From Bacteroidales bacterium (lineage in GTDB: Bacteria; Bacteroidota; Bacteroidia; Bacteroidales; JAIOZK01), in the NCBI GenBank assembly GCA_021738625.1, contig JAIPBS010000005.1, positions 51,478 to 115,477 on the forward strand: a stretch of 64,000 nucleotides of DNA. Direction: 5' to 3'. The position numbers and the translations under genes were made by a program. The notes beneath the pieces were generated by a model. That model was not told the origin of the DNA. It was given only the letters and a program-made list of their open reading frames with translations, and made no database searches. Shown piece after piece: positions 45,270 through 53,927 of the stretch (positions within the stretch are counted from its first letter, which is position 1; each line of letters starts with the position of its first letter).

Positions 45270-47324
45270 TTATTTATCCTTTTGGGTAAACTTGTCTATT
45301 GCTTTATAAAGTTCATTGGGATCAACCGGTTTGGAAACATAATGATCCATTCCGACCGCCAGGCATTTTTCCTTATCGCCTTTCATGGCATGTGCAGTCA
45401 TGGCGATAATAGGTGTTTTGTGTTCTTTATCTTTTTCATGTTTCCGGATTAGCCGGGTTGCGTCAAAACCATCCATTTCAGGCATCTGAACATCCATCAA
45501 AATAACATCAAAATTCTGATCGCGCGCTTTGTCGGATGCTTCTTTACCGTTTTCGGCCAGGCTAACTTTATAGCCCTTTTTTTCAAGCAGCTGATTTACA
45601 ATTTTCCGGTTGATCATTTGATCCTCAGCAATCAGCACATGAATTTTCTTTTTGTTTGTTTCAGGTTTTTCGTCTGAGCGATCGGATTTTTTGGCGGCTT
45701 CCGTTACTTTTTGATTGAGCTTGCGCATCAACAATGACTGCAATTCGCGCTGATGAACCGGTTTGGCCAGGGTGTTTTTTAAATCAAGGTCGGAGGCTTT
45801 TTTCTTCGCATAGGCATATTGAGGCGTGGTCAGGTAAACAATTTCGGGAAGAAATTTCTTTTCGGTGTTTTCTTTTATTTCTTTGCTAACATCCGTTCCT
45901 TTCATTTTGGGCATATAAAAATCAACCAATAAAAAGTCATATTTCAGTTCTTTATCCGATAATTGTTTGATTTTTTTCAGAGCGTCATCACAATTTGATG
46001 AGATATCGGTGTGAATGTTCCAGTAATCCAAATACTTTTTAATGATAGACGCACTTTCCAGATTATCGTCAACAACCAAAATACGGATGTCTTCTTTGGG
46101 TTCATCCAGGTCGAGCTTCAACAGGTCTTTGTTTTGCTTTCCAGGTTTAAAATCAATCATAAAGTAAAACCTGCTTCCTTTGCCCTGTTCGCTTTCTGCA
46201 CCGATTTCACCACCCATCATATCGACGAGTTTCTTGGAGATGTTCAATCCCAGGCCGGTTCCGCCATGTGTTCTGGTGGTTGTTTTATCAATTTGCTGGT
46301 AGGACTGAAATAATTGTCCGATCTTGTCTTTTGCAATACCGATTCCCGTATCAACAACAGAAAATTCAAGTTTTAGGTAATCTTTGCTCTGGTCAAGTTC
46401 TTTGATATAGACGCCGACTTTCCCCTCATCAGTGAACTTGATGGCATTTCCAACCAGATTGATCAGTACCTGTCTTAATCTTATTGGGTCGCCAACCAGG
46501 GAGTCTGGCAAATCCGGTGGAATTTCACAAATGAATTCAAGTTTCTCCTGGAAGATCTTGACGGAGAGCAATCTTGTAACTTTCTCCATTACATCCCTGA
46601 TGCTGAATTCGACCGATTCGAGTTCCAGCTTATCAGCTTCTATTTTAGAAATGTCAAGTATTTCATTGATAATGTCCAGCAATGATTCGCCTGATTGTTT
46701 GATATCCAGTATTCTTTCCCGTTGAATGTCGTTTAGCTCTTCATCCATCAGAGCCAGGTCGGCCATGCCGATGATACCGTTCAGCGGGGTGCGTATCTCA
46801 TGGCTCATATTTGCCAGGAAAGAGCTCTTGGCCGTGGTGGCTTCTTCGGCAATTTTTTTGGCGTCGTGTAGTTCATTTACTGTGTTTTCCAGTTTTCTGG
46901 TGGTTTGTATAAGGGTGTGTTTTTGCTTGAAAAACTCAATATAAGCCTGAATTTTGCTTTGCAGGATCTCCAGATCGAGTGGTTTATAAAGGTAATCAAC
47001 CGCACCTGCCTTATACCCCCTGAAAACATGTTCGCGCTGTTTGCTGATGGCCGTGACGAATATGATGGGGATGTGTTTGTACTTTTCATTTTGCCGCATA
47101 AGCTCTGCTGTTTCAAAGCCGTCCATATCCGGCATTTGCACATCCATCAGGATCATGCTTATTTCATGTTCCAGTAAAAGGCCCAGGGCTTCGTTGCCTG
47201 ATTGTGCCTTTATTATGTTCAACTCAGGGCTTTCGAGTATCCCTTCAAGGGTAATCAAATTTTCTTCCCTGTCGTCAACAATCAGAATATTGAATTTCGA
47301 GGAGTCTTGTTCTGTCATGTTCAT
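45270..47324 (-). CDS. Hybrid histidine kinase/response regulator (REC-HisKA-HATPase-REC-REC)
   Basis: 684 aa. The N-terminal REC is [11 protein letters not shown]...[12 protein letters not shown]. The H-box is [11 protein letters not shown] and the HATPase has [11 protein letters not shown]. Two C-terminal REC domains follow (ILVVDDN...[10 protein letters not shown] and [10 protein letters not shown]...[12 protein letters not shown]). Confidence 0.9.
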   Translation of the reverse strand: MNMTEQDSSKFNILIVDDREENLITLEGILESPELNIIKAQSGNEALGLLLEHEISMILMDVQMPDMDGFETAELMRQNEKYKHIPIIFVTAISKQREHVFRGYKAGAVDYLYKPLDLEILQSKIQAYIEFFKQKHTLIQTTRKLENTVNELHDAKKIAEEATTAKSSFLANMSHEIRTPLNGIIGMADLALMDEELNDIQRERILDIKQSGESLLDIINEILDISKIEADKLELESVEFSIRDVMEKVTRLLSVKIFQEKLEFICEIPPDLPDSLVGDPIRLRQVLINLVGNAIKFTDEGKVGVYIKELDQSKDYLKLEFSVVDTGIGIAKDKIGQLFQSYQQIDKTTTRTHGGTGLGLNISKKLVDMMGGEIGAESEQGKGSRFYFMIDFKPGKQNKDLLKLDLDEPKEDIRILVVDDNLESASIIKKYLDYWNIHTDISSNCDDALKKIKQLSDKELKYDFLLVDFYMPKMKGTDVSKEIKENTEKKFLPEIVYLTTPQYAYAKKKASDLDLKNTLAKPVHQRELQSLLMRKLNQKVTEAAKKSDRSDEKPETNKKKIHVLIAEDQMINRKIVNQLLEKKGYKVSLAENGKEASDKARDQNFDVILMDVQMPEMDGFDATRLIRKHEKDKEHKTPIIAMTAHAMKGDKEKCLAVGMDHYVSKPVDPNELYKAIDKFTQKDK

Positions 47325-47405
47325 ATGTTTGTTCTGTGATGTAAATGTATGAAAAATAATATTAATTCAAACTACCTGATTTGGTTGTGTTGGTCATCGG
47401 GCTGA

Positions 47406-50267
47406 TCATATGGTTTCACGCTGACAAATTCCTTTGAATGTGCAGTGCTTGCAATTTTCCTGATTTTCGGTTTGCCTGAAAGTTAAATTGGGATTGAAAA
47501 TTTCTTCGATTTGATGAACTAAGATTTCTTCAAAGGAATTATTGATGTCGTCATAATTATTTGAAGGTGTTCTCAGTTTGATCAAACCTGCAGAAGGTGT
47601 TCTCAGGCTGAGGATTCCCAGTGAAACATCTTTTTGTTCGGAGAAGATTTCGCTGCAAAGCCATCCGTAAAACAACAATTGATAGGCTTTGCTCAATCCG
47701 GGGTCATCAATAAGATCGCTCCATTCATTTACTTTCAATTCCTGCTGACTTGCACTACCGGTTTTGTAATCAACTATCCTGAACTGGTTATTGTAGCGGT
47801 CAATGCGGTCGGCTTTTCCATGCAGCTTTATTGATTGCGTACCGTTTATTACAATTTCCTTGTATGAATATCTTTCAAGTTCAACGATTTCAATTACCGC
47901 ACCTTTAGATATCACTTCGATCTCCTGATCAATGAGTTTTTTCAGACTGGCATTTATCACTTCTGTAAGCAGGTAGTTTTTTCCAAAAGTTGTTTCTCCT
48001 CCCGGGAAATACTTTCTAAAGGCTATGGCCGCAATTTCTCTCAGGTTGCTTTTTTCTTTTCTAAGCAAGGCGGTATCAATGCTTTTTCCTTCAAATGGCT
48101 TATAAATGATTTCGAGGGCTTCATGTATGATCGATCCCAGTATAGGGGCGTCAGCGCTGGCCTCGATTTTTTGCGGCTCGGGAATTTCCAGAATATATGT
48201 GAAATAAAAGCGAAGCGGACATAAACGATAAGTATCCAGACTGCTTGGTGAAAAACCTTTTTCAGCTTTCCGGCCGAGCTTGCTTATAATAGGTTCTGTT
48301 TTGGGTACTGATATTTGCTGCGCTCCGGATTCTTTTGGAATTTGTGTGTTATAGGTTTGTTCTTTAATGCAAATATCAGGATTATAGCGTTTAAGTTCAT
48401 GTAATATCTGACTGATGAACCTGCTTTTATCTGCGCTTTTCAAGCCATCCTGTTCGCTATTGTATATAATTGTGATCTCGCGGGTACGGCTGATCAACCT
48501 GTAGAAATGATAGGCGTAAATGGCGTCGTTATCTTTATAGGTAGGCAGATGATAATTGCTTCTGATGTCGAAGGGAATAAAAGACTGACGATGCCGGTTC
48601 GCCGGGAGAATGTCTTCATTGGCCGATAGCAGTATGATTTTTTCAAAATCGAGTGTGCGTGTTTCAAGCATTCCCATGATTTGCATCCCTTTAAGCGGTT
48701 CTCCATAAAAGGCCAATACATCTGTTCTGACGATATGTCTGAAAATCTCATGCAGGCTACTCAGCTTGTCCAGGAACTGGTTCCTGGTCAACATGCTTTC
48801 TATTCTGTTTAAAATATTGTTGAGATGGAATAAATACTCAATTTCCAAAAAGTGCTGTGCTTGCTCATCATCTTTGTTAAGAAAGTTATTTTTGAGAATA
48901 TTATTCAGTTTGATCAGCAATTCGGGAATGTGGTTGATTTTTTTCTCTGGATCGAGGAAAAGCAAATCAAGCAAATCCGGATCAACTTTAGGCGGAAAAA
49001 CTTTCTTCAATGCTTCCTTCTCAAAAAACACCTTTCCTGATTTGATCATATCACTGGCCTTGAGGTTGAAATCCTCAAGAGACAGCCCGAAAAGTTGTTC
49101 CGAATAATGCAGGATATAAGGATGCTTTAGTATGCTTATGATATCTGAGAGATAAAATTTCACCTTGTTGGTGCCGCGCATTTGCTGCAGGTTGGAAGCA
49201 TTTATACCAACCCTGATCAGGCTGTCATACAATTGGTAGGCTGGCGTCAGGAAAAGCGGTAGCCCCATGGTTACATTGAATTTGCCAATATTTTCAGGGA
49301 TGGAATTCAGCAAGGGGATCAATAGGGTTTCATCTGCAAGTACAACCGACATGTGGTCGAAATCTTCCGTGTGTTGCCTTGCGCCTTCCAATAGATTGCC
49401 CACAACTTTAACCTGGTTGACATTTCCTGATGTGCTAATAATATCAATCTTTTTCGGCTTTATTTTAAAATTATCTTCTATCCATTCGGGCTTGCGAAAA
49501 ACTTTCTTTTTAAAATGTCTGTTAAGGAATTTTCCGGCTTCCTGCAGGTTTTGTCCGGATCCGGATTTGAGGAGGTAGTATGCATCCGCATCCCAAAAAA
49601 TCTCTGCACGTTCATTTTCAATAAGCCTTGTAATGATTTGTTCTTCAGCCTTGTTAAGTGCGTTAAATCCGAAAAAAACATATTTGTGAACTTCCTGGTC
49701 CTGGTAGCCATTTTCAATGGCTTGTGCAGCCAAACGATAAGCCATTCCACGATAGGCCTGTTTTTTTTTAATGAGGTTTTCAGTCAATTCTTTGTAATAA
49801 AAATACAGGGACCTGAAAAACCTGATGTAGCCTTGTTCAAATTCTGTCAGGGGTTTTTCGCCCAGATTCCACACCTTGAGCGCCTTTATTTCGTTAAGCT
49901 CGTTAAACAATGATTTTGCATCTACCAGGTTCTCATCTATGTCGTTGAAATCAGCGATCAGGGTATGTGCCCATTGCAAAAATTTCTCGAAAGACTGTGC
50001 CGTGTCTTTTTCAATTTTCCTGTGCGCACGGTAAAGGTCAAAAACAAGTTCAAAATGATCGGTCAGTGACACGCCTGCAATTTTGACAATAAAGTCCTCG
50101 ATGCCATATACTTTCGGCAACCAAAGAGGTTTGCTAATTTGCCTGGAGAGGTATTTTTTAAAAAACAGCCCTGCGCGCCGATTTGGAAACACAATGCATA
50201 AGTTTCCGGTTTTCTCCGGATAATCATGCATGATCTTTTCGGCGCATTTTTCAAGAAATGCCTGCAT
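47406..50267 (-). CDS. PD-(D/E)XK nuclease family protein, AddB-like (inactivated helicase fold + Fe-S nuclease)
   Basis: 953 aa. The C-terminal nuclease motif is GKADRIDRYNNQFRIVDYKTG. The Cys residues (YRLCPLRFYF ... NCKHCTFKGIC) match the AddB-type 4-Cys arrangement. Confidence 0.75.
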   Translation of the reverse strand: MQAFLEKCAEKIMHDYPEKTGNLCIVFPNRRAGLFFKKYLSRQISKPLWLPKVYGIEDFIVKIAGVSLTDHFELVFDLYRAHRKIEKDTAQSFEKFLQWAHTLIADFNDIDENLVDAKSLFNELNEIKALKVWNLGEKPLTEFEQGYIRFFRSLYFYYKELTENLIKKKQAYRGMAYRLAAQAIENGYQDQEVHKYVFFGFNALNKAEEQIITRLIENERAEIFWDADAYYLLKSGSGQNLQEAGKFLNRHFKKKVFRKPEWIEDNFKIKPKKIDIISTSGNVNQVKVVGNLLEGARQHTEDFDHMSVVLADETLLIPLLNSIPENIGKFNVTMGLPLFLTPAYQLYDSLIRVGINASNLQQMRGTNKVKFYLSDIISILKHPYILHYSEQLFGLSLEDFNLKASDMIKSGKVFFEKEALKKVFPPKVDPDLLDLLFLDPEKKINHIPELLIKLNNILKNNFLNKDDEQAQHFLEIEYLFHLNNILNRIESMLTRNQFLDKLSSLHEIFRHIVRTDVLAFYGEPLKGMQIMGMLETRTLDFEKIILLSANEDILPANRHRQSFIPFDIRSNYHLPTYKDNDAIYAYHFYRLISRTREITIIYNSEQDGLKSADKSRFISQILHELKRYNPDICIKEQTYNTQIPKESGAQQISVPKTEPIISKLGRKAEKGFSPSSLDTYRLCPLRFYFTYILEIPEPQKIEASADAPILGSIIHEALEIIYKPFEGKSIDTALLRKEKSNLREIAAIAFRKYFPGGETTFGKNYLLTEVINASLKKLIDQEIEVISKGAVIEIVELERYSYKEIVINGTQSIKLHGKADRIDRYNNQFRIVDYKTGSASQQELKVNEWSDLIDDPGLSKAYQLLFYGWLCSEIFSEQKDVSLGILSLRTPSAGLIKLRTPSNNYDDINNSFEEILVHQIEEIFNPNLTFRQTENQENCKHCTFKGICQRETI

Positions 50268-50275
50268 ATCTTTAT

Positions 50276-51025
50276 CTATTCAGTATATAGTTTAATGACC
50301 TTTCTGATTTCCCTGTCCTTGTTCAGCCTATTGAACTCTGCTGCTTTTCCTGCATCCGCCCAAAAGTCTTCCTGATGAGGGAAAGCTTTGATTTCGTGTT
50401 TTGCAGCCAACCCAAGATAGGCGTCAATGATGCTGAAGGTTTCCTGAGCAGGAAAAAACCGGAATATTTTCGATGACATGCAATGTATCCCACTGAAAGC
50501 CATTTCCCCTTGTTTGTTGTTGGGTTTTATCATTCTTTCTTCCCCGGTTTTTATGTTTTTCCAGCCACACAAGCTTCCATTCTCGTCAAATAGTAAATAC
50601 CTGCTGGTAATGCGATCTCTAACCGCTATGGTGCTTAGGGCATTTGATGCCTGATGTTTTTGCATGAAATAATGCAGATCGAGGTTTGTGATCACATCTA
50701 CATTGATAACAAGAAAGTTGCTTACATCCCTGAAAAACCAGGCCGCTCTTTTGACAGCACCTCCCGTATCGAGCAATTTATCGCGTTCGTCAGAGAATTC
50801 GATACTGGCATCGAACCTGCTTTTATGAATGTGCTCGCAAAGCATGTTGGCCCAATGATGGACATTAACAAGTATATGTGTAAATCCACCGGCAATAAGC
50901 TTTTTAATCTGAAAATCAATGAGGGGAACTCCTTGCAATTCCACCAGTGCTTTCGGCTTATCTTCTGTATATGGCATCAGCCGGCTGCCAACGCCTGCCG
51001 CAAGTATCATGGCTTTTTTAATCAT
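50276..51025 (-). CDS. murU: Sugar-1-phosphate nucleotidyltransferase, MurU-like
   Basis: 249 aa. The N-terminal NTP-transferase motif is MILAAGVGSRLMPYTEDKPKALV. It lies immediately downstream of an AmgK-like kinase, matching the AmgK-MurU pairing known from Pseudomonas and Tannerella cell-wall recycling. Confidence 0.6.
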   Translation of the reverse strand: MIKKAMILAAGVGSRLMPYTEDKPKALVELQGVPLIDFQIKKLIAGGFTHILVNVHHWANMLCEHIHKSRFDASIEFSDERDKLLDTGGAVKRAAWFFRDVSNFLVINVDVITNLDLHYFMQKHQASNALSTIAVRDRITSRYLLFDENGSLCGWKNIKTGEERMIKPNNKQGEMAFSGIHCMSSKIFRFFPAQETFSIIDAYLGLAAKHEIKAFPHQEDFWADAGKAAEFNRLNKDREIRKVIKLYTE

Positions 51026-51156
51026 ATACCAACGGGTTTACACAGGTGTTTTTCTTTCCTTGCCACGGCCTTGCATTTTTTGCAGCTGAATCTGGCTTCC
51101 CACTGTTTTTTATCAAGCTTCTTTTTGTCTTTTATTTTACATATGCTTTTCGACAT
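51022..51156 (-). CDS. Unannotated 44-codon lysine-rich 4-Cys micro-ORF (MSKSICKIKDKKKLDKKQWEARFSCKKCKAVARKEKHLCKPVGI)
   Basis: Hand-translated, and below the ORF-track size cutoff. Its ATG at 51154-51156 lies 20 nt inside the 3' end of the upstream kinase gene. Its TGA overlaps the MurU ATG (ATGA, 51022-51025). It fills the otherwise empty 111-nt gap. The Cys pattern is C-x18-CxxC-x10-C. Confidence 0.35.
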   Translation of the reverse strand: MSKSICKIKDKKKLDKKQWEARFSCKKCKAVARKEKHLCKPVGI

Positions 51157-52579
51157 CAACCTTGTTTTTTAGGTTCGTGTGTATAACAATGACATTGGCA
51201 TCCATTTTTTGTTCAAGATGCTCCCTGCATTTTTCTGCGCAGTAGACCGAACGGTGCTGTCCCCCCGTACAACCAAATGCAATCATCAGGTTTGAAAATC
51301 TTCGTTTTTTGTAATTCGAAACGGATTGATCAATCAGGGCAAAGGCATTTTTCAGGAAAGCATCAACTTCTTTATATTGCTTCAGGTAATCGATCACCTC
51401 CGTGTCCTTGCCGTTGAACTCTTTGTATTTTTGCTCCCTGCCGGGGTTAGGCAGTGCTCTGCAATCAAATACGAATCCACCTCCGTTTCCCGAAGGATCG
51501 CCAGGTATGCCTTTCTTATATGAAAAGCTGGTGAGATATACATTAAGTTTACCATTTTTGAACGAAGGCTGTTTTTGAATCGCCTTTTGGGGTATCTCTT
51601 GCAATACATCATTCAGATACTCCAGCCTGGGAGGTAGGGGATGGTTTTCAATTAGCCATTCCAGGTTTTTCACCGCGAAAGGTATACTTTTTATGAAATG
51701 CTGTTTCTGTTCGATTTTCCCTCTGAAACCATAGGCGCCCAGTACCTGAAAAATTCTGAGGTAAACAAACAGGTAATAGGTATCCATAAAACGATCAAAA
51801 GCAACGGGATCGTTGCCTTGAAGTTCATGCAGGTAATGATCCAGCAATTCCTGCCGTAGCTCATTGCTGAGGTTTGCCCTGGCTTGCCAAAGCAAGGAGG
51901 CAACATCATATTGCAGGGGGCCTTTTCTGCCACCCTGGTAATCAATGAAGTATGGTTGATCGTTGTAAATCATGATGTTCCTGGACTGAAAGTCGCGGTA
52001 CATAAAATAATGGGCGGGAGCAGCCAGTAGTCTGTTTATTAGTTTTCCGAAATCCTTTTCCAGTTTCTGCTCGTCAAATGGAAGGTCGAACAATTTTAAA
52101 AAGTAGTACTTGAAGTAATTCAGATCCCATTGCATGCTTTGCCTGTCGAAAGCCGATCGTGGATAACAATAGCTGAAATCAATATGGGAAGGGGTTTCCA
52201 GTTGAAATCGGATCAACTGGCTTAGCGTTTCCTTATATAATTGTTCAATTGATTTCGAATTTCTTTTATTGCCAGCCTCTAATTTGGAGAACAAGTTTTC
52301 AATGCCCAGATATTCAAGCAAATAAATATTGTTTTCGGCCTGGTAATGATAAACTTCCGGCACATGTAATTTGCATTCTCTGAATACCTTGCTGAAATGC
52401 ACGAAGGCGTCATTTTCCTTTTTATCCGGATTGTATGCCCCCAATGCTTTCGTATTTTCCAATGTGAATAAAAAATACTTACGGTTTGAACCTGATGACT
52501 GAGCAAGCGGTTCAACAACAGCCGGAGGTTTGCCGCACCAGTTCCTGAATATTTCTGAAAGTTGATCAATGTAATCCAT
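51137..52579 (-). CDS. Fusion protein: AmgK-like (aminoglycoside-phosphotransferase fold) sugar kinase + RapZ C-terminal-like domain
   Basis: 480 aa. The N-terminal 340 aa or so are APH/AmgK-like (YMYRDFQSRNIMIYNDQPYFIDYQGG). The C-terminal 130 aa or so align by eye to the E. coli RapZ C-domain: SFSYKKGIP vs SFGFKYGIP, FVFDCRALPNP vs YVFDVRFLPNP, and AFGCTGGQHRSVY vs AIGCTGGKHRSVY. Confidence 0.75.
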   Translation of the reverse strand: MDYIDQLSEIFRNWCGKPPAVVEPLAQSSGSNRKYFLFTLENTKALGAYNPDKKENDAFVHFSKVFRECKLHVPEVYHYQAENNIYLLEYLGIENLFSKLEAGNKRNSKSIEQLYKETLSQLIRFQLETPSHIDFSYCYPRSAFDRQSMQWDLNYFKYYFLKLFDLPFDEQKLEKDFGKLINRLLAAPAHYFMYRDFQSRNIMIYNDQPYFIDYQGGRKGPLQYDVASLLWQARANLSNELRQELLDHYLHELQGNDPVAFDRFMDTYYLFVYLRIFQVLGAYGFRGKIEQKQHFIKSIPFAVKNLEWLIENHPLPPRLEYLNDVLQEIPQKAIQKQPSFKNGKLNVYLTSFSYKKGIPGDPSGNGGGFVFDCRALPNPGREQKYKEFNGKDTEVIDYLKQYKEVDAFLKNAFALIDQSVSNYKKRRFSNLMIAFGCTGGQHRSVYCAEKCREHLEQKMDANVIVIHTNLKNKVDVEKHM

Positions 52580-52691
52580 TCGGATTTTATTTAAGAATTA
52601 CGGATACAGCCTGGTTTTTGGCGCAGGCATATTACAATCACAAAAATAAAGAATTAATAGGCATTTAAAAGAAAGGTAAAATCTAAAACCA

Positions 52692-52699
52692 TATCTTTG
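52692..52699 (+). promoter_or_regulatory. Bacteroidota-type -7 box (TATCTTTG) upstream of the rubrerythrin-like gene
   Basis: Exact TAnnTTTG match, 27 nt upstream of the ATG at 52727. Confidence 0.35.
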
Positions 52700-52726
52700 T
52701 GGATAGTACCCTAAAAATAAGAGATT

Positions 52727-53230
52727 ATGGAAAAGAAAACGGCATTGGATATTCTAAAAACAGCAATATTGCTCGAAAAGAAAGGAAAAGCTTTTTATAC
52801 TCATGTTGCAGAGCAAAGCAAAAGCCAGGCAGTAAAGAAAGTGTTCAACACAATTGCCGAAGAAGAGGAAGCACATATTCAGTTCTTGTCAAAACAATAT
52901 ACCAGTTTTGAAAAAGACAGGAAGTTTTTACAAAGCGATATACCTCAGCAAGGCGATCGTGCGGATGCCGAGGAGATATTGGCGGAAGATATTAAAAAGG
53001 AAATTTCAGCAGCCGGTTTTGAAGCAGCAGCCATCTCCGCGGCTATAGATTTTGAAAACCGGGCCATTGAGGTATATTCAACACGTGCCAAAGAAGCCAC
53101 CGATCCGAACGAGAAAGAAACCTACCAAATGCTGGCGGACTGGGAGAAAACGCATCATCGCCTTTTAAAACGGATGAATGACGATCTTAAAGAGGAAATC
53201 TGGTTTGATAATAAATTCTGGCCTTTTTGA
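52727..53230 (+). CDS. Ferritin-like / rubrerythrin-family diiron protein (no rubredoxin domain)
   Basis: 167 aa predicted as a four-helix bundle. Two E...ExxH pairs are present: LEKKGKAFY...AEEEEAHIQFL and FENRAIEVY...ADWEKTHHRLL. Confidence 0.7.
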   Translation: MEKKTALDILKTAILLEKKGKAFYTHVAEQSKSQAVKKVFNTIAEEEEAHIQFLSKQYTSFEKDRKFLQSDIPQQGDRADAEEILAEDIKKEISAAGFEAAAISAAIDFENRAIEVYSTRAKEATDPNEKETYQMLADWEKTHHRLLKRMNDDLKEEIWFDNKFWPF

Positions 53231-53289
53231 TTGCTTTTATTCAAAAATCATTTGGGTAATGAGCATATGTTCGTTATCTTTGTCCGGTT

Positions 53290-53907
53290 ATGACACCACG
53301 GCCTAAAAGAAACAGAAGAATCGGACGTCCCCCTTTTGCCGCTATGTTCATACCGGAAGGTATGAGTGAAGAGGTGGGCAGCCCTGTAATACTGAGTTAT
53401 GATGAGTACGAAGCCATCAGGCTGGCGGATTATGATGGCATGTCGCAAGTTAATGCTGCAAGGGAAATGGATGTCTCCCGGCCAACCTTTACGCGCATAT
53501 ACGAACGCGCCAGGTATAAAGTTGCCTGTGCTTTGACCGAATCCGTTGCTTTGATGATAGAAGGCGGCCATGTTCTGTTTCTTGAAAACTGGTATGCTTG
53601 CGATCATTGCGGAAGTTCATTTGGCGTTAAAACTGATGTCGAGGTCACAGCATGTAAGGTATGCAGTTCCGATGCCATACGCTTGCTCAACAAAGCTTCT
53701 GAAGACAGGCATCAGGGACCGATGCGCGGAAAGGGCGGTAAGGGAAAGGAAGGATTTTGCATTTGCCCGGGCTGTGAAAAAAACTATCCGCATGAAGCCG
53801 GGATTCCCTGTCGGATCAAGGTTTGTCCTGACTGTAATGTCAGCCTGGTGCGGGCTGGATCGGAGCACCATCTTAACATTCTTAAAAAGAAGAACAAAAA
53901 CAAATAA
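53290..53907 (+). CDS. DUF134 (UPF0251) family putative DNA-binding protein with a C-terminal double zinc-ribbon extension
   Basis: 205 aa. The N-terminus is MTPRPKRNRRIGRPP...FIPEG, and the HTH-like core is LSYDEYEAIRLADYDGMSQVNAAREMDVSRPTFTRIYERARYKVACAL. These are typical of DUF134. The extra C-terminus carries CDHCG...CKVCSS and CICPGCE...PCRIKVCPDC. Confidence 0.8.
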   Translation: MTPRPKRNRRIGRPPFAAMFIPEGMSEEVGSPVILSYDEYEAIRLADYDGMSQVNAAREMDVSRPTFTRIYERARYKVACALTESVALMIEGGHVLFLENWYACDHCGSSFGVKTDVEVTACKVCSSDAIRLLNKASEDRHQGPMRGKGGKGKEGFCICPGCEKNYPHEAGIPCRIKVCPDCNVSLVRAGSEHHLNILKKKNKNK

Positions 53908-53927
53908 CCTTAAAAATATCACAGGAA

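Noticed and set aside
50654-51172. 172-aa plus-strand ORF spanning the MurU 5' region and the kinase-MurU gap.
   Set aside because: It is antisense to two well-supported minus-strand genes and to the coupled micro-ORF. It has no recognisable motif, and the ATGA-coupled minus-strand arrangement explains the region better.
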